From the NCBI RefSeq assembly GCF_963853765.1, contig NC_088854.1, forward strand, positions 23,374,001 through 23,438,000: a DNA stretch of 64,000 nt, written 5' to 3'. Both the position numbers and the translations under genes were made by a program. The notes under the pieces are model-generated. The model was not told where the DNA came from, did no database searches, and saw nothing but the letters and a program-made list of their open reading frames with translations. The stretch comes from Magallana gigas (taxonomy: Eukaryota). The stretch's first letter is position 1. Each line of letters begins with the position of its first letter. Positions 34,331 to 45,683 of the stretch are shown here, in pieces.

Positions 34331-35369
34331 TGGGAACTAAATGAATCATAAGTTCGGTACATTGATTTCTATGTAGCATAAATGTTAAGCTCTCCAAATA
34401 TCTTGCATCAAATTACTTTCCTTTTTTTCTTTTTGGAAGGAGAGGTATTTGAAGTTTGTCTTCATAGCAAATAGAGTGCAAATACCTCTCTCTTGCATTT
34501 TCTCTTCTTCTCCATTATATATTATATAACAATTAATCTCTATAACTTTTTTTTTTTAGTATGTGAAATTCCTTTGTTCACTTGTCTTTAAATATGGTTA
34601 TAAAAAAGGGAATTTAAAATTAATACAATGTATGTAAATTACTTTTTAAATATACCTTTTAAACAATTCTTGTATATTTTTGCAACATAGATCCACAGTT
34701 TCCAATGCATTTCTCGAAGCAAAATCAAAATAATTTGCAATTTTGTTGTGAAATACATCTTTATGCTCAAATGTGCCACTAGCTGCTTTTGTTTAAATTT
34801 TCATTGCAAGTGTTTCATTTTGTTCAAAAATACATAAAACTGAAAGCTATGAATACCAAGTGAATGCTTCATGAAGTTATCATACTTTTGTGTATGTAAA
34901 AATCACTGCATGGTGAAAATACACAACTCATTAGAGCCCTATTTGAACATCATATGTAGAAAATTTAACAAGTTTTCCTGTACTTCAGTACACACAAAAC
35001 GTTCTCATGTTGTTTGATAGAAAGTCAAAGACCATAATGCATGGTCCATTCCATTAATAATTACTTGCATACAAATGTACATTTTTATTGGTTTACTGGC
35101 ATTTTTTGGATGTGTTAAATAAATGGAAACTGTGTTGGGTTTATTGTTTTTCTGAATTTTACAAACAGTCTAATCCATGTAATTAATAAATTGCAGTCAC
35201 GTCAGCTTGCTGAATTTCAAAGAGTCCATCTTCCTTTTCAGTGATTAAATGAGCATCTTTCTAAAGATTCTTCATACTTTTTAAAAAAGACATTCATGGA
35301 AAACTTTACCTTGTGGTATACAGTCAAAATTAAACTTCGATCAAGATAAGCATTACTTGGCCAGTAGAG

Positions 35370-35385
35370 TGTCATGTTGTAAATC

Positions 35386-35418
<33 letters not shown>

Positions 35419-35446
35419 TACAACATGACAACTTTGTCATGTTGTA

Positions 35447-35484
<38 letters not shown>

Positions 35485-35495
35485 ACCACATGACA
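35370..35495. repeat. 126-bp near-perfect palindrome
   Basis: 62-nt arms, 2 mismatches, 2-nt spacer CT. Confidence 0.95.
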
Positions 35496-36678
35496 GGAGT
35501 AAAAATAGAAGTTACTGTAGACTGTGGAGACTTGTACCAAATTTTAGAATGGTGGACTGGAAATTCGCAATCGAACACCTGCAAGCAGCTGTCTGGACAG
35601 TTGTGTAAAACAAGAGACTCGTGGGCCTTAACGGTCACCTGATTAAACCCTGTAAAGGTTACATATTTACATACGTTAAAGCTAGGAGCTCTAGAAATAA
35701 TACATTAACTTTCTTCAAAAAAAAAAAATGGAAATACGAAGGTATATCTAAATTAATGTCGCAGATCAGATGCGATCAATTCTTGAAAGTCGATGGAAAA
35801 TCAAAACAGTTTGAAATTTCTATATTTTCTGTTTAGTTCTGATAGTTTCAAATCATTTTAACTAGTTCTTTTGAAAAGGTAAAATTAAATTGAACGTTAA
35901 GGTTGTTTCTGTACGCCCGCGACGTATATAATTTCTGGTTAATTTGGCGTTAGCAGGTTATGTAAATATTTTCTGCAATGGTCCATAACTTCATAACCCG
36001 CATTAATCATCAAAGGAAGCATTTTATTGTTTATATTTACATTTTTTCAAACAAAATTTAAAATGAATTAATCGTTAAGAGTAATAAAACAGTACGTTAG
36101 AAGAAAGAAATAGTCAAGTCGTCTTAATTATATAGGAATTTGAGTCTGACATCATGGATATTTTGTGCAGTCTATGATTTATCTTAGGTTGATTATTAAG
36201 CTTGTTAGAACTGGATCGTGTAGATTTTTTTAAATTGCAGTCTACGAAAAACGGTTCCATTCAGTATGCATTATATGTTTCATTTCAATATATGACTGGT
36301 TGGTCAAACAAAATTTGACATTATTTCAGTTACTTACCTTCTAGAATTAAACCGGGGCTTCCGTCAACATGCTGCCACGTCTTGACCACAGGTGCCCGAG
36401 GAAAGGACCGACACCCCCCCCCCCCCCATACATCCCCCACCCCCCAAGTATCCAGACCCCTAAGACTTTATGTCACATATCCAATATAATTTATACATTC
36501 TTTGAACAAAATTACATAACACAAACAATTTTTTTAACAAGGTCCTCTCTTTACATAATACAACTGCATATATGCCGTAAATTGCAATGTTTTAACACGT
36601 ACGAAACTTTAACTCCCAGGCCGAGGTAGTCCATCCGATTTTTTTTTCAGACTGGGAGCTACAGACCAGCAATACCTA

Positions 36679-36743
36679 CAGGCCGTGCAGACAAATTATC
36701 ACATTGCGCTAACGCGCGGTATTCAATTTGTCTGCACGGCCTG
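36679..36743. repeat. 65-bp hairpin with perfect 19-bp arms
   Basis: CAGGCCGTGCAGACAAATT / AATTTGTCTGCACGGCCTG. Confidence 0.9.
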
Positions 36744-37593
36744 GTGTGGTATTGGACAGACGATATCCAAAAATAAGCATTGAATGCGTAGAATAATGTG
36801 AATGCGATTTCTGAAATACATATCATTATCCTGCTGTAGATGTAGTGCAAGTGAATATTTCGTGTGAGCATTTAGTCCATTACATGTGTAAGTCTTCTTT
36901 TTTATCATTGGTTATTTTTTCTATTTTTTATTTTTTTTTTTTGGTCTTCCTCTTTATTAATTGATTTTGCGTAATTAAATCTCTGGGAATTGTACATACA
37001 TGTAATATTCTTATTTAATTCTTGAACAAAACTAAAAAAGGGTTTCTTAGTTAATACCTATAGACAAAAATTATATTAAATTGAAAGTTGCCTGCGTGTC
37101 CCCATGCAGATTTGAACATTTGTAATAATACTCGATCGTATCGATATCCCTCTTTGTGCAAGTCTACTTGAAAAAAAAAACAACCAGTGGTCCGAAGATA
37201 TTAAAATCAAACGGGTCATTGAAATGAAATATCAGAACTTTTGTCATTTTATTTCTTTGCTGTATATTATAAATGTGTTGAATTTGAAGTATCATTTAGT
37301 AAAGAAAAATTCCATATGTTTTAGCTTGCAATTTTATATATTTATACAAAGGGTTTAAACATCCATATGCATAAACAATATGACAGTAAATGTTAACAAA
37401 ATACGATGCATAATAATTTATATAATTGTATACAAAAATTGATAGAGAAAACACATACTAGTACTTTGGCTAACGCAGTGCAGGATCAGACTTTTTTTTC
37501 ACCAAATCAAATATTAATTCTTTTATGTTCGACTCCTAAAGAATACAAATATTCAAGTGCTTTAAACAACTCCTTAAATTTAAACAAAATACA

Positions 37594-37595
<2 letters not shown>

Positions 37596-37646
<51 letters not shown>
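37596..37646. repeat. (GA)~25 microsatellite
   Basis: Direct reading. Confidence 0.98.
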
Positions 37647-37648
<2 letters not shown>

Positions 37649-37736
37649 AGTTAGTTCTATGTACAGTTGTTCATCCACGATCAATCTTTTTGACATGCTT
37701 ACAACTTATCACAAATATTCACATACTAAAGTTTTA

Positions 37737-37846
37737 GCTGCAGATCTGTAGCTCCTGGTCTGAAAAAAAATCCAAAGTCATCCGAATTTTTTTCAGACTA
37801 GGTCATCCATCCGAATTTTTAAGATCGGAAGCTACAGATCTGCAGC
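37737..37846. mobile_element. 110-bp minimal derivative of the GCTGCAG-TIR MITE family
   Basis: Perfect 17-bp TIRs GCTGCAGATCTGTAGCT / AGCTACAGATCTGCAGC. Confidence 0.8.
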
Positions 37847-39837
37847 ATGCTGAGGAAAATAGAAATTACTGGATGATGGAATTCATATTTTGTCACTATC
37901 TCAATCGCTGTTTTTAATTCTTGTTTAGTACTTTCCCCCTTTGTACCGCATGCTATTTGTATTTTTTCAAGAACAATTTTTTAATCATACACATGTGTTT
38001 ATTGAACTTACTGAATATTAACCACCCACTCCCCCAAAAATAAAATAATAATAACAGGATTTTTTTCTGTGCTTTAAAGTTTAATGAATCATTACTCTAT
38101 AACAAAATGCGTCACATACAGTGCATATATTCAATCATGTAGTACAGTCTACAAGTCGCATACAATATGTACATGTATGGAATAAATAGGGTAGCTATTA
38201 TACATGTAGTACCACTTAACCACACACCCCATATTTCTTTTTTAAAAGTAGAAAGAAAACTGATATAGTTCTAGTAAGACGGACTATGATATCTTCAATT
38301 TTGCAAAGCGTTTACAAAATAAATAGTAAAATTACATTAATTTGCCTATAAACATCAATAAAAAAATTTATAAAGGTAAAAAGTGTCAAAACGAAAAAAA
38401 GGGGGCATGACTTCAAGTTTACACCCTTACCTTATTACCTATTGTGCTATTCTGAAGACAACACAAATACAAACCATCTTCATTTATTGTTTATTTCACT
38501 AGAAAGTACACTGTATAATTATGTACATCCTCAAAAGGAGGTGTCCATTTCAAATTAAACGATACACAATTATATGGATTGTGTTTTACCCCCATTATTA
38601 TCCTGAATTCTGACAATTACAGTAATTTACAATGTTCCTTCTAAATCAAAGTGGATTGTATTTTTTCATATTATCAATCTCAATTTTCACCAACATATCT
38701 AAATATGTTTCTTCCAGAGAACTTAGTTTTATAAACATATACATGCATGTAAATGTATTAATGATGTTTGGTGAGTCATGTGGGATATGAAGAAGGCGAT
38801 TTGGCGATGTACATAATTATATAGAATATTATTATAGTCCCACACACAATGGGCACATAATATTAACATGGTGATAGTATTTTGGCAATGTCTTAGCTAA
38901 TTTACCTCAAACCAGATCATTTTGTTGTTTTTTTCTCACTTAGTAAAAGTAATGGTTCCAAAAACAAATCAGCAAAAGCAACTGTTAAATTTAATATTTA
39001 AGATTTAATACAGATGTCATTTTAAAAAAAAGATATTTTTTTACTGTTGTGAACATACATATATAAATTAAATACGGTTTAAAAAAGAGTAAATGTAAAA
39101 ATGAACACAATGGAATTATTAAAAAGATAAAACTTGAATGATATGTTAATCCTGGACGTTCACTTCTATGTGTTTGAGAACAGGATTCCGTTCAGTTCCC
39201 TCATGCTACAAATAGTGTTACATTCAATAGTTTCTAAAATTTAGAAATTCTATAACTTTGAGAATTCTGTCACAGTGGCTTTATCATTTTCATCTAGAAC
39301 CACTTTTCAAGAATTTTGTTGTTGAGTAGTTCCACGAAACCATCGGAAGAAAGAAATATGATAAAAAAAGAGTCAATGGAAAGAAATTTAGTAGTAAAAT
39401 AAATTAAGGTATCCTTGAAAATGTACCTTTTACAAAACCATAGTAATGGATCCTACAACATAACGTAGGTAAAGCTTGTCAATTTTTTAACGTATAATTT
39501 CTAAATCAGAAAATGCTGACAAATATACTCATTCCATGCAACAAAGTAATCAGGAGTATTAAGCAGTAAATTCAGCCAGTAGATAAGTAGCTGGATTAAT
39601 ATCATCCTAATGAAATTTGTCCGTACAAAGCTGAAATCTTCTGGTTAACTCACTATATACTGTATTGACAAACGCCTTATTCAATAAACATGTACACTGT
39701 ACATATACCTAATGCATATTAATCTTTTGATTCTTCCGCTTAATAAAGTAATACATATACATGTATATATATTTAATTCTAAATGGTAAGGAATAATTGT
39801 AACCACATTGCATGATATAATGCTACCACAAAGAACT

Positions 39838-40389
39838 AGGTACAGTTTTAGTCATATTTCGCCCTGTTTTAGAGTGATTTTTAAAAATATCACCAGAAAA
39901 TGGAAATGTAACATTTATTTACCCAAAAATACCCATAAACTAAGAATCTATAAATAGTTACCTGATTAGACTTTCACAAGGGTAATTGTGACGTCACAAA
40001 CAGTGCATTTTCCCGTAATATTCATAAAACTGAGCAGGTGGTTTTTGAATACAAATCTATGTCCGCAGCCGTCGTCCATGATGAAACTAACATTATAACT
40101 TTATCACGTTAAAACACATGAAATATATTAATTTTGTTGTGGGCGACGGCTGCGAACACATTCTCCTCTTCAAAAAGGAATGAGAAAATGTGCCATTTTT
40201 CATCATGTTTGACTCAATCTTATAAATGTGCCAAATTGAAATCATAATTATTTTTTGAAACAAGATAAAAGTGTATAACTTGGCATTTCATATACCAGGT
40301 ACACACATGTTCAAGAGATTATATGTGGATTTTTATGAGATTTAAACAACTTTTGAATTTTAGGGCAAATATTAAAAGAAACTGTACCT
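39838..40389. mobile_element. TIR MITE with an internal GC-rich inverted repeat
   Basis: Ends AGGTACAGTTTTAGTCATATTTCGCCCT and AGGGCAAATATTAAAAGAAACTGTACCT. Internal arms at 40061-40079 and 40139-40157. Confidence 0.6.
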
Positions 40390-41704
40390 TCTTCTTAAAA
40401 CCATGGACTAGTAAATCAAGACATTTATGACACAAAAGTGAATTAATACAATGCACTATGTCATCAAAATGTTCATAAAAACAAATCCAACACAGGGCAG
40501 GACAGATACAAGATTCATGTACTGAAAACTGGAATGGTTGTTTAAAACAGACAAAGAGAAACTAATGTTTCTGACGATAATCAACGTAGCCTGTATTATA
40601 TGACCCTGCAATTCACAGGAAATGATTGTTACATGATTGTAAGTATGATAATCTGGAGCTTTTTAAGCCCCCCCCCCCCCATAAAAAAATGAAATACAAT
40701 TAACCATAAGATTAAGGACATTTTTTACAAACTAGTGAATCAGGGCTCTATACATACAAAATCATTCCTTTTTTCTGTATAGAAAGCAAATAATAATGTG
40801 TAAAGTGAACTTTGCACTAATGAATAAAGATCAGACAAAAAGTGACTAACCCGATTAAGGGATAGAGTAACAATTTTGGTGCATGGCAAGAAACAACACA
40901 CAATATGTCTGGCTAATCTACAAAAATTCTAAACCTGTAACATCAATACCATCATACATTTTAAAAATAATCCTGTAAAAATTTGGATTATTTAAAATAT
41001 CTAGTAAGAATGTGAATAGAATCCCTGTTTCAGCCACTGATATCCAATGAACTGGGTAAATGTACAGATCTTTTACAAATGAACAATAACATGTTAAATC
41101 AATGCATGACGAGTATCAACCATCTTTTTTAATACCATTATGCATATCATAATTATCTTCCCAACACTGGCATCTATTTTTGAAAAAAAAAAATTGTAAG
41201 AGAAAATTCATGTCACAATCAAATATAATCAGAAATTTCTATACATGCCATGAAAATCAGTCATTAAAAAGTTAAAATTTTGCAGCATTTCTTCCGTAAG
41301 TTCACAGGCAGGTTAAAATCAACATAAAAGGCCGAAAAACTTAATGTTTAGTTTCTCATGCACCGGAAGCATTATGTCAAATGCTGCCCATTTATTAATT
41401 TTATTGTAATATCACAGAAAATTAATGAATAAAATTAAATAAAGAAAAATGAATTGTACTCCTTTTAAATACATGTACATGCATTGTAATTACCTGTAAA
41501 TTAAAATCTTTGCTGACAGCAATATGTATTTTTGAAATTTTTGGCCTGAAAAAGTAAATACAGCAAAATGTTTTCTGAAAATTTTGGCCTGAGAAAGTAA
41601 AGATTAATTTTTGGGGGCACAAAGGACAAGAACAAATAAATATTGTATCATCATTGCACATATTAGAAACAGGAAACAAAAACAACAAAACTATTTCTTC
41701 ATTA

Positions 41705-44700
41705 TCATTGGACGCTTTCCCCTGCCCCTTTCTTCCTAATTCGTAAACTTCTTCGTTTCCCATCCATTTCATCATCTAGACCATTAGTAATGGCCTTGAC
41801 CTCAGGCGTATCTCCATTGGTGTACACAGAATCTGAGATGACGTCAGCTGCTATGATTGATTTGTTTTTGAATTCTAAATAACCGCTGACATGATATCCC
41901 ATGTTGGAGTATGCTATTACATACTCAAATGCAGAGAAAAAGCTAAATGCTGAAAAAATAAGAAAAAATGGCTACAAATGATCATAAACATACAAATATC
42001 AACATTAAACAGAAATAAAATTGTGCATTAGTAAATTATTATAACAATAATTTAATTAATCACATTTTGTTTTTCTCTCCTTGCAGATTTTACAGTGATT
42101 TGAGATAGAAATAGATTGAGATTGGCCAAGATTAATCTTAGGATCTCTCTATGCATTACAAGTTTATCACAGATTGAAGAACTTACCATAAGGAACACAG
42201 AATACCCTGTGTAATATAAAAGCTGTTAACAGTCCGGTTGTGGCTGTCATTATACAGGCAAACATGATCCATTTAATCTTCAGGGATAACTTCTCCTGTA
42301 AATTGAAAATCAAATGAAGTCATTAATTTCTATTTACCAATAGTTAGCTCTCCCTTCTGCTCCCTTTTCCTTACAACTAATTATTGTGCAATGGTTTTTT
42401 TAACAACAGGGTCTATGCTTAATAGCCTTTATCTCTACCAGGTACATGTATATTTGTGAATTTAAACATTAGAGATACCACAGAGTACTGGTATATTACA
42501 TGTAACCTGTTGCCTTTTTAAAAAATATCAACCAAGCGCAGCAAAACCACTTCTTTTGCTACTCTTTTTGTCCATATTGCATTAGTATTCCTCATTTTGC
42601 ACATTTTATGTAGAAAACGAGAAAATTAATAGTGGTATTCAGGCATGAAAGAGGAACAAATTGAACAAGACAATATTGAGATGATGACCATCTCAAAGGG
42701 CCCCGCTTACATAGTTGATAAAAGGATGAGAAGAATTACAGAGAATATTGCTTTGACCTTGACCTATAACTTTGAAATTTTCCATCTGGCATAGAACTTC
42801 TAATTCAATCTTATTACCCCTTACATACTGGCATTTTTGTTCAATCTGAACAGATAAAAACAAAAATGGAAAATAATCTATGGTCTAAAACTGATTATAA
42901 AGAGATCTGCTATGACGTTCATATTGACTTGATTCAAAGTCACTGCACGCCATTAACGAAACGGCTCTGTTTAAGTAAAGTATTAGCCAAAAGGGTTAAG
43001 TGGAGAGTATATATATGCTCTTAAAAAAGGATTTTTGTTTGATCTGATATGACCTTGACATTTAATCTACAAACATCATTCAGGGTCACTGCATAATCAT
43101 AGGCACCATGTTGGTGAAGAATGAGCCAACCTGGAGCAAAGGGAGAAAAGATAATTTATGCTTCGGACAAGGATTTTACCTATAATTCTGCTATCATAAT
43201 AATGGCATTTGACGTTGAAAATTGGTTAAAGGTCACTGCACACCTGTTATTTTACAAGCTGTGCAATGTAAATTAAGCTAAATAAGGCTTAGTGGAAAGC
43301 ATATATACTCTGAAAAAAGGATTTTTGCATGGTCCGATATGACCTTGATCCTTGACCTACAAACTTTCTTCAAGATCACTGCACATCTTTTGACCATAGA
43401 CACTCTATGAGTGAAGTATGAGCTAGACTGGAAAAAGTGGAGAGAAGACAAGAATTTCCTTTATAATTCTGCTATGACCTTAATCTTAGACCTAGAATTA
43501 TGGTTCAAGGTCACTGCACACCCTTTACCCAAAGGCACTCTGTGAGTGAAGTATGTGCCAGATTGGGCCAAGGGGAGAGAAGATATGCTCCGAACAAGCA
43601 ATCTTGGACGGGCAGACAGACGGAAGGACAAAAAGACAGACGGACGGACAGAAGGACTGTTCACTATTGGGCGCCTGCAGAGTGGGGCTCTAATAATTCA
43701 CTTATAAATAGGCATTAAGGAGAAAAGATATTTGAGATTTTACAACTGGAGTGAGGATATTGTGAGATTTATTCATTAGATTAGACTATGAGATATTACA
43801 GATGGGTAATAATATCTTACCGTAGGGGTCAAGATATCTGTCCTCGTCCATTTGAAGATGAGGGTGTTGAGTAACATGTAGCAGCAACTTGTAACCATAA
43901 AAACTACAAATATCTTCTCATGGACAGCTGTAAATGAGAAACAATAATTCTCATTGCAGTTTACATTTAAAAGCACGTTTTTTTTTGTAACAATTATGTC
44001 TCCAAATTCTTAAATGCATTATTAATAAAATGTAGGCTCTAAACTTCCCATAAAGTAAAATACTAGGAACTATCATCATACTTCTCTAGCATTAACTTCC
44101 TGCCACAAACTTGAGCAAATGTACTCTAATTGTAAATGTTCCTGGTATGTTTGTACATACAAGTATAAAGTACCAGTAGTATTTCCTGTATTTCATTTAT
44201 CAATGCATTTAAAGTTGTTTGTACATGTATTGGTTACAATGGTGATTATGATATAATTTACCATGTTTAATTCATAATATTCTTTAGCTGCAGGTCTGTA
44301 GCTCCCATCCTGAAATAATTTGGATGGACAACCTGAGAGCTACAGTGCCTCCATAGTAAAAACTGCAATATACGGCGCACAAAAATTGCACTGTTTTAGA
44401 TTGATAATGGTAACCTTATTTACATACAAATTCTTTAGAAAACATTAGTACCATTAAAATTTTGATGCAATATTATTTACTAGGGCCTACTGATATTTTC
44501 TCTGTACTTGCTTCTGATATTCTTTTAAACACCATCACTAGCCCCCAAAAGGTCAAGTGGTGCAGTCTGTTTACATGTAAAAATGGTGACTCCTGATCTC
44601 GAAATGAATTTAACATGCTTTATTCTCAAAGGTCGGTTAACATGTTTTAGAGGTAAGTAAGAATGTGATATCAGTGGTAAATTGCATGAAGAATTTAATG

Positions 44701-45524
44701 GTACTAATATTTCCCACAGAATTTGTGTGTAAATAAGGATAATCAGTCCAACAACTAGTGCAATTTTTAACATGCCAAAAACTGCTGTTTTTAACTATGT
44801 TTGGCACTGCAGCTCCCAGTTCGTCCATCTGAATTTTTTCAAACTGTGAGCTACAGACCTATTCTTTAAATAAGGTAATTATAGATGTCAAGTAGCGAGT
44901 ACTTACGATAGTTTTCCTTGTTAGAGATATAGGTAACTCCAACCAAACAAGAATTTTCAATGGTGTATAACCAAAAGTTAAGACTGAGTAATTTCTTGAA
45001 AAAAGGTCTGAAATCCTTGTCTACATATGCTAATCTTGCAGCATAATAACTGTAGTACATGAAGCCAACTGCAAATCTTGGTGTGGCATGAAGACCAATG
45101 CAAATTCTCCAAAAGTACGCCCCTGGAGTTATACCTGTCACAGCACTAATGGAGGGAATAACATTGGTTGCCTGAAAAATTAAAGTTTTTCAGCATTTTA
45201 ACACGTATTTACATATATCAGTATATAACATTAATATAAAACGTGTAAAAACCACGCCCAAAAATATACGGCTGGTTTAGATAAGGCATGGTTCAAAGAG
45301 TGTATCGAAAGTACTGTGAATTATCAAATACACATAAGTAATGATCACGGTAATCCAATTACCTTACACACCGTCTCGTTGACGTCATCGAACCGAAATA
45401 TAATACCATGTAGAAAACAGTACAGCAATGAAAACGCTGGCAAAGAGACAGTTACGATTGCAAATGGCTTAAACGGGACAGTAAGCTGAACATCTTCTAC
45501 TCTTCGGGTTTCTAACTTCCCCAT
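41705..45524 (-). CDS. Divergent PGAP2-like (Frag1/DRAM/Sfk1 family) paralog c, 295 aa
   Basis: Exons 45524-45363, 45171-44907, 43927-43821, 42295-42187, 41949-41705 with GT-AG introns, 888 nt, same intron phases (0,1,0,1) as paralogs a and b. Motifs NVIPSISAVTG, WRICIGLHATPRF, ENYPVHEKIFVVF, FSAFEYVIAYSNMGYH. Confidence 0.9.
42664..43694 (+). mobile_element. Third HINE-like family with ~5 internal 135-147-bp units, in PGAP2c intron 3
   Basis: Starts AACAAGACAATATTGAG with GGGCCCCGC. GTCACTGCA-type marker recurs five times. (GGAC/AGAC)n tract at ~43607-43655. Ends GTGGGGCTCTAAT. Confidence 0.8.
44287..44860. mobile_element. Near-intact copy of the TA-flanked GCTGCAG-TIR MITE, in PGAP2c intron 2
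   Basis: Left TA-GCTGCAGGTCTGTAGCTCCC, right GAGCTACAGACCT. Imperfect inverted similarity extends ~190 bp inward. Confidence 0.75.
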
Positions 45525-45683
45525 TTTATCACAAGTTTCTATTCAAAACCACAGTACTAGCTTTGTTACGGCTGCCGGTATACTGGCCGCTCATAAACCC
45601 AACTCGTTCGATTTTTTTGGTTGATGGGGAAAATCAAGTCAACTTGTTCGTTGTTTGTACACTCTGATTTCATCGACTTTTTC

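Noticed and set aside
37900-41700. Hidden protein-coding gene between ATG13 and PGAP2c
   Set aside because: No exon chain with a recognisable protein could be assembled. The region looks like 3' UTR or intergenic DNA with TE remnants.
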